Source: Octopus bimaculoides (taxonomy: Eukaryota). From it: 64,000 nt of DNA. The translations under genes were made by a program, and so were the position numbers. The notes below the pieces were generated by a model. That model did no database searches, was not told where the DNA came from, and saw only the letters and a list, made by a program, of their open reading frames with translations. Below are positions 39,510-53,274 of this stretch, piece after piece. Numbering within the stretch: position 1 is the first letter of the stretch; every line of letters begins with the position of its first letter. Location of the stretch: contig NC_068982.1 of the NCBI RefSeq assembly GCF_001194135.2, forward strand, positions 52,757,235 to 52,821,234. Reading direction: 5' to 3'.

Positions 39510-39970
39510 TGTAACAAGCCATACCGTTACTGGTAAACGTCAACTCAGGTTATGTACGAAAGAGGAGTTGGAGAGTATATAAGCTAATAATAAACGTAGT
39601 GAATGAGGCATTAGTTGCACACACCAGATGGAGTAGAACTTTCCGAAGTTGCCGGTCTAGCAACTGCCTGAACAATGAGGAGGTACGCAGACGGCCTTAC
39701 AACAGACAAGGATAATAGCTACGCTATCCTCATGGTTTTCGTACATTTAGTATGATTTAGAAAATCCCTCTACATGAATACTCCTGTTTTTATAACTCTG
39801 TACAAACCCTGTCCTCATCCTATTCACCTATGTATATACTCCTACTGTGTTTATATCAGCAACATGTTTATTGAATATAGGATTGAATAGTACTATGAGC
39901 AATGATTTAGGCGATAATGGATAACTTAATGCTCCTACCGGCTTGGAAATCATCCGATCAAAGGGGTACA
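39510..39970 (+). mobile_element. Candidate solo LTR
   Basis: TGTAACA...GGTACA ends, gtatataag followed by aataaa; no TSD seen. Confidence 0.35.
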
Positions 39971-40379
39971 GCATCCAGGCACTGATGACCTGGGTCACTC
40001 GTAATAATACACCTCAGCATAAAGATGTACATACATTCATATATANNNNNNNNNNNNNNNNNNNNNNNNNNNNNNNNNNNNNNNNNNNNNNNNNNNNNNN
40101 NNNNNNNNNNNNNNNNNNNNNNNNNNNNNNNNNNNNNNNNNNNNNNNNNNNNNNNNNNNNNNNNNNNNNNNNNNNNNNNNNNNNNNNNNNNNNNNNNNNN
40201 NNNNNNNNNNNNNNNNNNNNNNNNNNNNNNNNNNNNNNNNNNNNNNNNNNNNNNNNNNNNNNNNNNNNNNNNNNNNNNNNNNNNNNNNNNNNNNNNNNNN
40301 NNNNNNNNNNNNNNNNNNNNNNNNNNNNNNNNNNNNNNNNNNNNNNNNNNNNNNNNNNNNNNNNNNNNNNNNNNNNNNN

Positions 40380-40443
<64 letters not shown>

Positions 40444-40959
40444 ATGCGTGTATGTATATATTATGTATGTATGTATACAGTCTTTGAAAATACGTCAAAT
40501 GGCGTAGAATACGGTGCCAATCAGTGTTTAAATCAAGTCAAATTTCAAAAATCCAATGTCTCAATAATGGAATACTTAATCTAGCTGCACAAGAGTTGGC
40601 TGTAGAAAACGTAGAAAACGCACTGATCAAACTACTGACAATAACGATAAAATAAAAGACCGACAAGCAGATGTTTATGGCATCAAAGAATTTATAACGA
40701 TAATTACACAAATATAAATATAATTAAAGAAAAGAAGGAAGGTAATCCATGACAGTTCTTCACAGATATATAGATGTCTAGAGGTTACATAGGCGAAAAC
40801 ACGATTAAGAAGAAAGAAGAAAACTCATGGCTATCCATTACATCCACTTCAGGGATAACTACTGGTTATCTATTTGTAAAGGTCTGTGAATGTGCGTATG
40901 AAGGTCACTCTGATATAGAGCTAGATATGCAGGTAGTGGCGCTGCGCTTTTGGGGTATC

Positions 40960-41400
40960 TTTTGCTTGCGCTTGAGATCATGACGATACAACATCTCTGA
41001 ACCTGCGATCAATATTGACACGAAATATTTCTGGATCATGTCAATAGGGTGGACAGGGTCTGGGAAGTGTTATGCAAAACTTACTGGATATAAACTATTT
41101 GTACAAGTAGTGCTTTGTCAATGATGGTCATAGTCGGGTACAAGTTGACAGCCATCATATGTATATATAACTATAACTCTTTCGAAACGCCAGTGTTATA
41201 ATGGTGGCAGCTGATGAAAGAAATGTTCTCTATGTGGCCTGTGTGTTTTTTGTACCCTGTTTATCATTTTGTCCATGTTTTTTTGCAACGTCATGTACCC
41301 AGATATGCATCTATATATACATGTAGATGAAGGTACATGTACATATATATGCATATACTCATATATTATTTATATATATAAATATATATGTACATACATG
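40960..41400 (+). mobile_element. Possible Penelope-like 3' remnant
   Basis: KTYWI*TICT resembles the GIY-YIG C-terminal E..WI..L.T motif; followed by a low-complexity pLTR-like tail. Weak. Confidence 0.3.
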
Positions 41401-41493
41401 CGCACACACACAGACACACACACACACACAAACACAGACAGACAGACAGACACGTATTATATAGAGATACACATACGTACGCATATACACACA

Positions 41494-41567
<74 letters not shown>

Positions 41568-43048
41568 CATATATATATATATCGTTGTGGTGTATCTACG
41601 AACACGAATGAACTTATGAAGTAAATCCAGCGGCATTTATATCCATGCTGTTCATAACATCATGTAACCGAATACAGTGAACGGACTTTAAATGCCACAC
41701 TACAAGGTGTACACCCGAATCTAAAAATTGTAAGCGTGCGCGCGCATGATTGTGGGCGTCTTTGTCTGTGCATACCTTCTGAAGTTTGTGTGTGAAGTCT
41801 AGTCTGGTTTTCTTAAATACTAAACTATAGTTAAACAGATATTGATAAACTAAGTACCGAGATTGTTATGAGTGACCAAATCTTTAGAACATTAGCATGG
41901 TCTGAAACTAATCTTAAACGCACGCATGTTGTGGGCAGCATGCTTGGGGACCAACAATCATTTCTTCGATGAACTGAACTACCGACTTATTATATATTAA
42001 CGTTTTTGTCGTTGAGTCGTCTCCTTAAATACAGTTTTCAGGCCGTGTCAGCATAGCAAAAATATATCAGTGTATCTCTTTCAGTCGCATGTATACGACG
42101 CAATTCTACATAGTTTCAGTTTACCCAGTGTCAATGACAAGACTTCTGTCGAATCGACGCTAAGGTGGAAGACACTTACTCAAGTCTCATATAAAGAGAC
42201 CTCAGGATTGCAAGATACAAAGAAACACAATGACACACACACACATTCAAAATTGATATGGTTTAGATAATATATATAAATAATACAAACATATATATAT
42301 ATATATATATATANNNNNNNNNNNNNNNNNNNNNNNNNNNNNNNNNNNNNNNNNNNNNNNNNNNNNNNNNNNNNNNNNNNNNNNNNNNNNNNNNNNNNNN
42401 NNNNNNNNNNNNNNNNNNNNNNNNNNNNNNNNNNNNNNNNNNNNNNNNNNNNNNNNNNNNNNNNNNNNNNNNNNNNNNNNNNNNNNNNNNNNNNNNNNNN
42501 NNNNNNNNNNNNNNNNNNNNNNNNNNNNNNNNNNNNNNNNNNNNNNNNNNNNNNNNNNNNNNNNNNNNNNNNNNNNNNNNNNNNNNNNNNNNNNNNNNNN
42601 NNNNNNNNNNNNNNNNNNNNNNNNNNNNNNNNNNNNNNNNNNNNNNNNNNNNNNNNNNNNNNNNNNNNNNNNNNNNNNNNNNNNNNNNNNNNNNNNNNNN
42701 NNNNNNNNNNNNNNNNNNNNNNNNNNNNNNNNNNNNNNNNNNNNNNNNNNNNNNNNNNNNNNNNNNNNNNNNNNNNNNNNNNNNNNNNNNNNNNNNNNNN
42801 NNNNNNNNNNNNNNNNNNNNNNNNNNNNNNNNNNNNNNNNNNNNNNNNNNNNNNNNNNNNNNNNNNNNNNNNNNNNNNNNNNNNNNNNNNNNNNNNNNNN
42901 NNNNNNNNNNNNNNNNNNNNNNNNNNNNNNNNNNNNNNNNNNNNNNNNNNNNNNNNNNNNNNNNNNNNNNNNNNNNNNNNNNNNNNNNNNNNNNNNNNNN
43001 NNNNNNNNNNNNNNNNNNNNNNNNNNNNNNNNNNNNNNNNNNNNNNNA

Positions 43049-43286
43049 GACATGGATGCGGAGGTCTTCAAGACAAAACTTGACGCTTTCCTCTCCACGA
43101 TACCAGGCGAACCAATGGCTCGTAATGAGACGCAGTTTAGGGCAGCTATGTCAAATTTTCTTATACACCAGATGTGCCATCAAAACTCTTGACTGGACCA
43201 TGTCAGGTGAGGGAGAAGAGCCATGCAAGGAACGTGAAAATCACGGTGGTGCACCAGCATGACCGCAGCCACTTGGCTGAAACACA

Positions 43287-43322
<36 letters not shown>
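43049..43322 (+). mobile_element. 3' end of the same CR1/Jockey-group LINE as 6097-6362
   Basis: DMDAEVFKTKLDAFLSTIPGEPMARNETQFRAAMSNFLIHQMCHQNS* plus same 3' UTR and (TAAA)n tail; upstream part hidden by an N gap. Confidence 0.88.
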
Positions 43323-43352
<30 letters not shown>

Positions 43353-43639
43353 CTGTGTGTGCGTGTGTGTTTATAGAAACATGTATATACAACCACGGAC
43401 AGCTGTCGCTATTCAAGATATGAATCTATGAGTGGATGTGCGCATGCGTGCTTGTATGAGTATATCTATATCTATGTGTATGGTTTATTTATGTATTCTT
43501 ATATACGCATGACTCGATATCTGCGTGTTTGAATGACGTATGTGTTGACACATATACAATTATATCTACTCATGTGAATGTGTGTGTGTATGGCTGTGTT
43601 ATGTGTGTACACAAATATGTTTATATGTATGTATGTATA

Positions 43640-43685
<46 letters not shown>

Positions 43686-43742
43686 ATATATATATATATA
43701 TATATAGATATATATATGTATATATAGATAGATATATATGTA

Positions 43743-43774
<32 letters not shown>

Positions 43775-45040
43775 NNNNNNNNNNNNNNNNNNNNNNNNNN
43801 NNNNNNNNNNNNNNNNNNNNNNNNNNNNNNNNNNNNNNNNNNNNNNNNNNNNNNNNNNNNNNNNNNNNNNNNNNNNNNNNNNNNNNNNNNNNNNNNNNNN
43901 NNNNNNNNNNNNNNNNNNNNNNNNNNNNNNNNNNNNNNNNNNNNNNNNNNNNNNNNNNNNNNNNNNNNNNNNNNNNNNNNNNNNNNNNNNNNNNNNNNNN
44001 NNNNNNNNNNNNNNNNNNNNNNNNNNNNNNNNNNNNNNNNNNNNNNNNNNNNNNNNNNNNNNNNNNNNNNNNNNNNNNNNNNNNNNNNNNNNNNNNNNNN
44101 NNNNNNNNNNNNNNNNNNNNNNNNNNNNNNNNNNNNNNNNNNNNNNNNNNNNNNNNNNNNNNNNNNNNNNNNNNNNNNNNNNNNNNNNNNNNNNNNNNNN
44201 NNNNNNNNNNNNNNNNNNNNNNNNNNNNNNNNNNNNNNNNNNNNNNNNNNNNNNNNNNNNNNNNNNNNNNNNNNNNNNNNNNNNNNNNNNNNNNNNNNNN
44301 NNNNNNNNNNNNNNNNNNNNNNNNNNNNNNNNNNNNNNTATATATATATATATATATATATATACATAAATAAATTCCTACATACATACACGCACATACA
44401 CACGCACAATACATCCACATACACACGCGCGCACACACACACACATAGACACACACAGGCACACACATACACGCATACACACACGCACGAATATAGGTCT
44501 TGTGTCTACAAATCTGAATTGGTATGTTTGGATAATTATTGTGCTCTGAAGCTTATAGAATGTTTTTACTTTTTGATTTATAAGTACTTGTTTCATGAAC
44601 TTGCAATTCCTATATATTTTGTCTAGACAATGATATTATATCTTAACGTTTTCTGTATACTCCGTATGTTCACAATATGTTAACTTCGAACAGAGACAAG
44701 TATACCTCGAAAGTTATATGATTATCTCATGAGTATATATCCGTTCTTTTCTACCAGGAGCAGCAGGCATATGTTGTTATAGTTGTTGTTCTTTCACCCA
44801 AGACCGACAGTGACAGAACACTTCTATTATCAATGGAATTGTAGTCTTCTTATGGCTGTGTAAGACTGGATTATTTAAAACGTCCTTTCCTTATTTAAGA
44901 TGGCATGATATGTTTAGAGAAACAAAATGAGGCTGATATGTTTAGCAGGGCAAAGATTCGTTATCGTCTCCACAGCAATGTACTTTAAGGCAAGATGAAA
45001 TGTTACGCTGTGAAGATGATTCATTTCCACAATCATAAAT

Positions 45041-45229
45041 CTTTTATCTTTTACCTTTTACTTGTTATTCATTTGACTGCGGCGATGGTGGACCACGCCA
45101 GGAGTTTTTTTTTTCTAAGCTTAATATTTATTGTATAGGTCTATTTTGACGAACCGCTAGTTTACGCGAACGTAAACAAACCAAAATTGGTTATCAAGCG
45201 GTGATGGAGGAACAAACATAGACACAAAG

Positions 45230-45283
<54 letters not shown>

Positions 45284-45300
45284 NNNNNNNNNNNNNNNNN

Positions 45301-45336
<36 letters not shown>

Positions 45337-45488
45337 TAGGATTCTTTCAGTTTCCGTCTACCAAATCCACTTACAAGGCTTTGGTCGGCCCCAGGCTATA
45401 GTAGAAGACACTTGCCCATGGTATCACTCAGTTGGACTGAAGCCGGAACCATGTGGTTGAGAAGCAAGCTTCTTACTACACAGCCACA
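45041..45488 (-). mobile_element. SINE family B, full length with internal (CA)n/(TA)n and gap
   Basis: Same tail, 3' half, microsatellite and tRNA head as 11938-12325. Confidence 0.88.
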
Positions 45489-46711
45489 GTAGCTCAGTCA
45501 TGTAATAAGCTTCACTGGAGGTTTACATCTTCCTCGACATCACTTGTTAGCCACAAATGTCCGTACATAATGTTGTTGTTTTTCATTTTGAAGACATACT
45601 CGTAATTATAAGACAGTTTGTATGAAAAATTTAGTGGTATTTAAACGGAAATCAATACGGAATCGCAGAAAGTTGGCTGCGTAAATAGGGTTTTATCTTT
45701 AATACAGAACGTTTGTTACAAATTATTTCATCCTATGTGAAACTATTGAGCTATTAACACATATGCCATATAATACTGAATATATTATTTCATATCTTGT
45801 AATGACACTGACATAGTAAACAACCTCATACAAATATCTCGCGATGGAAATTCTGTTGAGACAAAGAATAGTGTAGACTGCACAAAAGTCAATGTCAGCC
45901 TATGAAGGCAGCCCATATAAGAGAAGGTAAGTCCATTTTAAATCTCCACCAATTTGTAACTATATCAATCCGTAAGAAAGGATTTGAATGCCGTGGACTC
46001 TGTAAAAGTATCTTGATTCAAAGTCTTTAAGGTAACTAGTCATGATCTTCGATTTCGTCTGGTAGCTCTTGCAACGCCGCTTTTATAACAAAGTGTAGCA
46101 GTCCTGTCATTTTTTAAAATTTATCACCGTCCTATAGAGAAGGACGTGGTGTTTGGGTAATAATTTACAATCTATCCTTCATATCACGGAGTCCTACATC
46201 TACCTAAGCCTCTCAACCATACACAAACTCTAGATACGGTGTCAACACAGCACGAGAAACAACACGTACCAGAACTCATTGCCCTATTGGCATAGACCGT
46301 AGCATCCGCTTTTGTTACTGATAGTAACAATAATCTTTGTATTTCATTGGAAAACTTCTGCTTGTCTCAATTATGGTTGCCTCCGCATGTCTTTCCTGGT
46401 CTGAGTTTTTGACTTCCTAGCATGTCATCACAGGCAGCGCAGGGTTGATATTCATTCATTAAATATAGAAGCTAAAGGAAATGATTAAAAAGCATTGGCA
46501 CTTCATGTGCTGGTGGTTTGATATGCCTCGTGGACGAAATTTTGGCAGCAGTGTACACTAATGGATAATAGCAAAACCTGTAGAATATTCACGGTTTCCG
46601 CCAGTGAACATTGAGAACATTGCTTTATTATTGTGATGGTGGAGATGGCAGAGGATGCTAGGTAAGCGAGAGAGGGGGAGTAGAAAGGGAGAGTGAGAGA
46701 GAGAAAGAGAG

Positions 46712-46745
<34 letters not shown>

Positions 46746-48086
46746 GTGGCGAGTGATGGAAGAGAAAATTGTGATGAAAGTTAATTTAGGTGGTAACACT
46801 GAAAGATAGGAAAAAAGTAAACGTCGATGAATCGATTCAGACATATAATCATGTGTACGAGCATACACGCTCTCACACAACTATATATATGTATACATAT
46901 GTGTAAATGTGTGTGTGTGTCTATACACACATAGATAGAAACAATAGATACACACATAGATAGAAACAATACATTAAGAACTGTAATAATTTGTTGTGAC
47001 GGTGATGCTGGCAAGGTTTTAGTTTATGTAGGTGCTGAAATTAGTGTAGGTGGTGGTTGTTTTTGTAAGTTGTAAGGAGTTCACGGCGAGTAAGTTATTT
47101 ATTTTTTTTTTTTCTGGCTTGAAATTTAAAACAATGCTGTACGACTTAATACACGCACCTTATCACAAGTAATTGCTCTCTAGTAATGTCGCTGCCACTA
47201 CCACTCCCACCACCACCACCACCACCACCACCACCACCACCTCTATCAAGACTTCGAATAAAGAAGCAACAGCAGTGACAAAAAAAAAAAAGAAAGAAGA
47301 TAAACATCACCACTATCTCCATGACCGCCATTTACAAGTTTTATCTCTTATTGTCTCTTTGTTTTTTCTTTATCTTTTGTAAGACTGACTTTCTTTTGAG
47401 CTGCTTCCATTAGCGTGACGCAAAAGGTAGTTAGGAACCTACCATTGTATTAATGTGTGTGTGTGTGTGTGTGCGTGTTTTGGGCTAGTGGAATGATGGT
47501 GCTGGTGCACAATAAATCAATGAACAAACGACTAAATATGAGAACCTGTTGAAAGCAAGTGAACCAGATTTTTGATAAATATCGTAAAGCTAGATCACTG
47601 TGAATCAAAGAGATGAAGAGATGCATTTTTTCTAATTGGTGATGATGTGCTGCGAACAACTGCTGTTTACTTAAGTATAAATAATGAGACGCGTTTGTTA
47701 AACAGAAAGCATGCTCTGACTAGCAATTGGTCAGGAATGCTGACAACATCTTATTTTCTACTCTTGTTCCTTCTAATATATTTTTCTTCTCGATTCTAAA
47801 TTCTTAAAACTTCAGTTGATTATACTTTTCTTTATTCTTGAGCAGTTTATTGTTGACTGGAATTTCTCCATGCCATGCATTTGATTAGCAATTCAATTTT
47901 GATTTACATCTTTTCTCGAAATCAAATATTTCCCAATTTACCTCCAATCAATTATAGCTGTTGTGGATTATTCTGTTGATTGCTTTTTTATGGTAAATTA
48001 TTGTTTTCCTTTTATTTGTGTTAACCAAAATAATGCAATAGGTATTGTGCCATTTGGTTCAGAAGGTCAAATCATTCTGCAAATGA

Positions 48087-48087
48087 T

Positions 48088-48127
<40 letters not shown>

Positions 48128-48148
48128 CAGTAGCAGCAGTAGCAGCAT
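48087..48148. repeat. (CAG)n/(TAG) microsatellite
   Basis: Direct reading. Confidence 0.95.
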
Positions 48149-48379
48149 AGCCTTAACTTCTTTATGTAATTTTTCTTCTCTCTGGTGGTACGTATGACTG
48201 ACACAATTGAAAATTGGGATTTTATGACCGAAAAATCTCAGATCAGTTTCTACTAGTGACAATTTTATGAAAAATGAGTTGATGGAGAAGCTATATTTCT
48301 GTAAACATTTTAAATGAGAGTGGCAAGTATGATCTGGTTGAATGAGTCTGTTATTAGTATACTCGTAGGTCGCCAAGTT

Positions 48380-48720
48380 GAGAGAGGAGCTTCCTAGACG
48401 GACTGAGCCCTTGATGCTAAATAGTTCCCACAAGTGGCCATCTACTTTCACTACTGTGCAAATGTCGCTGTACATTACAGTGATCCAGCTTCTGAAGACG
48501 AGTTCAAAGCCAGCGCGATTAGGACAGCCGCCAAATATTGATAGTCGACCATATGAAGCTCTTTTTAGTGATCTAAATTGATCAGGGCTCCACCCATATC
48601 AGGTTCTTTACCTGTCCTCTAGGTATCGTGTGAATTAAATGTTTGTCGTGAATCTTTTTGACATGACGCACGTTTGTGCTTCACCTTCCAAAATATCAAC
48701 AGCAAGCACCAACTTCTTTG
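48380..48720 (-). mobile_element. L1/Tx1-clade RT fragment
   Basis: Frameshift-joined GGALINLDH*K...MVDYQYLAAVL..AGFELVFRSWITVMYSDICTVVKVDGHLWELFSIKGSVR, homologous to 8400-8640. Confidence 0.75.
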
Positions 48721-48914
48721 CTAATACCGCATCCTTAGAAAAACCCTATCAATTTAAATGTCTGTGTTGTATTACATGAAAATATTTCGCTACTGACCCT
48801 GCTATTTGCCCTCTCCAAGCTTTCAGCCATACTGTAAAATCTCTTTTCCTTCACTCGCCCTAGGACACTGGGTGTCTCAGCAAGTGATTGTAACAAACAT
48901 GCAGATTAAAAGTA

Positions 48915-48980
<66 letters not shown>

Positions 48981-48981
48981 T

Positions 48982-49012
<31 letters not shown>

Positions 49013-49103
49013 CAACAATAACGACAACAACAACAACAACAACCTTATCAACTCCGAAAAGAAGAAAGGCAAAGTCGACCCTGGCGGAGTTTGAACTCAG
49101 AAC
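48915..49103 (-). mobile_element. (TAA)n/(CAA)n tract joined to a SINE family A fragment (49040-49103)
   Basis: ccttatcaactccgaaaagaagaaaggcaaagtcgaccctggcggagtttgaactcagaac is the reverse complement of the family A core. Confidence 0.75.
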
Positions 49104-52100
49104 TATCAACATACAAGATATACTCTGTTGCGAATGCTAATAGGAAGGACCTAAGACTAAGCGCCTATATAATAAGTACCAGTTGCTACATCTAGTAGCA
49201 CTAAAAGCCACGCCTTGCAATCGGCACACTCCTCATGAAACTTATCTCTCTACCTTTCACATATCACAATTAATTGCTGCAGATACTTTCTTACGTATCT
49301 ATTGATTTTCATGTCATTTTCTTCATGTAAACATATTTCAATATACCATATCTACATTTAAGAATCATTTTCTAAAATTTAATATGGGGTTTTGTTAATG
49401 GTTGTTTTAACGCGTATGATATTGAAAATTCTAAACAAGTTTCTCTTCTTTATTCGTCAGAGTATTGCATCCATCATTTAATTTTATATAAGAGTGAATA
49501 ATTCTTGTCATCGATCCTCCTTACTTTTCTCAAGTACTGTCTAAGTCTACCAATGTATCAAACGTTTAACATAATCATTCCCAGCAAATATGTTGTATCC
49601 AGACAGGTGATGATAACCTGTTCCCGTCTTTTACATGTATATCCTACATAAAGCTGGTGCCACTTCCGTTCCTTGCATAGTCATATTTCTATCATTTGTA
49701 ATGTAACTAGTTTTTCTGCAATCCACGTTACAGTTTAACCACCCATGGTTTTATTTTATCCAAGCTCATAAGTACTTCTCTGTTATAGATTTTTATTATT
49801 TTGCTACTTGAAAGGTAGTTTTTCTGCAAACTTTTTCTCTAATTTCGTTTTCATATTCCACCAAATGTTGTTCCGTGTACACGTAATTCTTTCTCCATTT
49901 CTAATGATCTTTCTAGAGCATGTTTTGCAGTTAAGAAATGCAACATCTGTTTCTCTATTTCTCTTTTAATACAACACTATTCTGTTCTTATCTCTTGCGC
50001 ATGCAGTTCTTTTCCACAAATCGTCTTACAATATGCTACTCTAATTTCTAACTAACGTTTTCTCACATATATCTTCTAAACTGTTAACACCGCTACTTCG
50101 ATTTTCCTTCTTGTAAATAACCTCCATCCTTTCCTTTTCGTTCTTTAAATTCTCGTCATAATTTCATTCAGGATCAGTAGATCTTTATCGAACTGAACGA
50201 GAGCCAAAGGACACTATACCTTACAGTCTGAATTCTCATTTCGGATTCATTTTAACCCGATATGTAAATTATTTTGTTATTTGAAGGGTAGTTTCTCCGA
50301 TAACTTCTTTGTAATTTCGTTCCCATGTTCCACCAAATGTTATTCCATGTACATTTTCTAGAGGCCATTTTTTCTAGACTATTGTTTTCATTTTGTTTCC
50401 CCGTAGACCAGTTATTCGGTTATTAGAATAGTTTAGCAGATACTGCGGCATACGTCAAAACACTTTTTACATGAATGCTAGCCAAGTATGTGAGGTTTTG
50501 TGGTGATCAAAAGGATAAATTTTTCAAGGAATGTGTATGGGGAAGTAGATTAAATGATGCTAAATAATACGGTAATTCTTAACATGTGTAGGTGATTATA
50601 TTATTTCTGTGAGTACATCTCTAAATCGTTGATTTCACACTCTTCATTTAACATAGGCATCGATTGCACATTTATGACACCATAACATTCTTCTGTCTTA
50701 GTATTCATTATACTGGCGCTTCAGCAAGTGCCCAGTATAATGTTATCATCTAACTTTACCCTGAATTATGCTTTTCGGATAGAGTTTTAGAAATTAAAGA
50801 ACTAAATATGGGCACTTTTGACAAATCCGTCCTTAGAAGTCATTACATTACTACCTAACAATCATTTCTTTCTTGAGGTATAATTGCGAGTGGCGCTTCA
50901 CTGAAACAAACTCCAGATAAAGAGTTTTCCTACATATAGGCTTTTCTTTTTTTTTTTTTATCTAAGAAACCAGATGAACCAACATAAGGGTAAGAAAAGC
51001 AACTAAGGGTAGCTTTAACTTACTGATGCACCCAGAACCAAAGCAAGCTTCTTACCACACAGCCACGCCTAAGCTGTGTATAAATTTAGAGAATCCAAGA
51101 ATCCAAATGTAGATGCTCAACATTTACATTTAGCTCAGCAGCTTAAAGCTTTCTGAATGTTTAACTCAACCGGCGGTTTTATTTTTAAAGCAGGATATAT
51201 CTGTTAGAAACATTCCCTATTGAAGCATTAGTCTTTATTGAGAAAATGTATCCCAGTATCTTGTATCATACGTTAAATTGACTATAAATTAACTTTACTT
51301 TTGAGTATTCAACCAAATATCTTTTGCATCTTGTGTAAATATATATTTTAATGCAATTCGCGAATTCGAAATCTGCATTCGATATTTGCTCAGTTTCAAC
51401 AAAGTTTTCGCTGACTCTTGATTATAAAGATATGTGCTATAAAACAAATAATTTTCCAGTGTACATGTGAGGGATTATATATATTTTAACTATGTCATGT
51501 AGCATTATTTAATAATTAATTCAACTGAAACAACTGAAAAGTTTCTTTTTCTTTTGAATTGATATAATCATTGAAGTTAACTAAACGGATGTAAAATCAA
51601 TTTGAATTCAGTTTTAGGGTTTTAACATGATATCAACGTCTTTCACGAAATTCTATCTGATAAAAGTCTAATCAGAAAGTCTTCCTGTACAAAGCTGAGT
51701 TGACATTAGAAAGTATAAGAATGTTAACTGGGTGGCAATGTCTTTCAGCCATTAAATCATCACTTCTAATAATTCTTTTGGGTGAGAAAATGAACAAATG
51801 CGGGAACCACGTCATATCAGATAAAGTAATTAAATTTTGTTGATGAATCGATAATTACATTTGTAAAGTAAATGTAATACAATTAAAAGAAAGACTTGCT
51901 TTAAACTTAGTCACTCTCCCTCTTTATAATAATGACAATATTTTTTCTAGCTGTTTAATAATTAGAAAAAGATGTTCATTATATCAGAAACTGCTTTACT
52001 TTTAAAAGATCTGAAATTAAAGATCGTTTAATGCATTTCAAATGTTATTATTGTCAAAAACAGTTAAAGAGAATTTTTTCAGAATATGACTTTATACAGA

Positions 52101-53228
52101 TAACTGTGGGTTATACATGTTTCAACCACACCAAATAATTGAAGATAGTACAAACTAATGTATAACAGTAACTTCAGTCACGATAATGTTTCGAGAAGAG
52201 TATGGATTAGGTTTCGTGTTCTATAAATTGCTTCAGGTGAAGTATGAAATCGTATGAATTATTTTGTGTTCTACAAATGCCACTTTTGGAAAGTGATAGA
52301 ACTGAATTTTGTGATAAAATATCGGTCATAATTCGACTAAACAAATATTCTCTATTTTTTTTCTCAGGAAAATGTAAGTGCGACATTAGTAGTTCGAACT
52401 CTTATCCAAGCTACTAGGAGAGTTAGCAAAATGTCTTTAACCAGAAAATGAGACAAGGTCGAGTGTTATCTTCTTGTGAGTTTACATTCTATTCACTGAC
52501 ACCAGTTACTCTCTGCTTATTATTATTATTATTATGTAATTTGAAGAAGAGTAGAGGTAAATATGAAGAAAATATCTCATTTTGTCTCCCTACGTTCTCA
52601 TTTCAATTCTACTGAGGTCAGCTTCCACAATGTTTCTACATTACGAACTAGTAATATTTTGAAAAAGTTACATTACTCTTCCATAAAAAAAAAACTGACC
52701 ATGCACTTGGTTATATAGAATCATTGCCCTACTGTTATTCCAGTGACGCAGTAGAACGGTGTACTAAATTTTATAATAATGTTTTGCTTCTATCATTTAA
52801 TCAAAAGTTTAAATTCCACTGTTGTCATTAAATGTTCATGTGATGTGTATATGTGTAGGGATTCACTGACGGTGCATTTAAAGATATCTGAATCTGGATG
52901 AGTTTCAGCTTATTCAAACTCAGTCTTACTCAAAAAATTCTATTGAAACAAGCATACACTGAGTGTATTTTTAATACAGTTAAATTTCTCCAAAGTGTGA
53001 CCACGATCTGATTTCGATTCGTAGCGTTGAAGAGTTCTTGTCACTTTACGACACTGATACACTCGAGAAATGTTGATAGGGGTAATTAACCATTGAAAGT
53101 TATTTCAAGACATATAGAATATGCTTGATTCAACTTATGCTACTAACGAATGAAATGCATATTCTATTGTTTACATTATTTACATTATTTACATTTGACG
53201 GATACTTGTCCTCATCTTGTTTGTTGTT

Positions 53229-53274
53229 AACACAACGTTTCGGCTGATATACCCTCCAGCCTTCATCAGATGTT
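53229..53274 (-). ncRNA. Minimal type I hammerhead ribozyme motif
   Basis: Minus strand aacat-CTGATGA-a-GGCTG gagggtatat CAGCC-GAAA-cgtt-gtgtt: 5-bp stem I (one G-U), 5-bp stem II, palindromic AACGTT stem III, GUU triplet; followed by a (tgtaaataa)n tail at about 53170-53196. Confidence 0.75.

Noticed and set aside
41183-41220. GAAAC...CTGATGA order suggesting a type II hammerhead
   Set aside because: No NUH plus stem I between stem III and the core, and no stem II closure.
39943-44626. Long ORFs (200-365 aa) in the track
   Set aside because: Mostly X from N gaps plus microsatellite; not genes.
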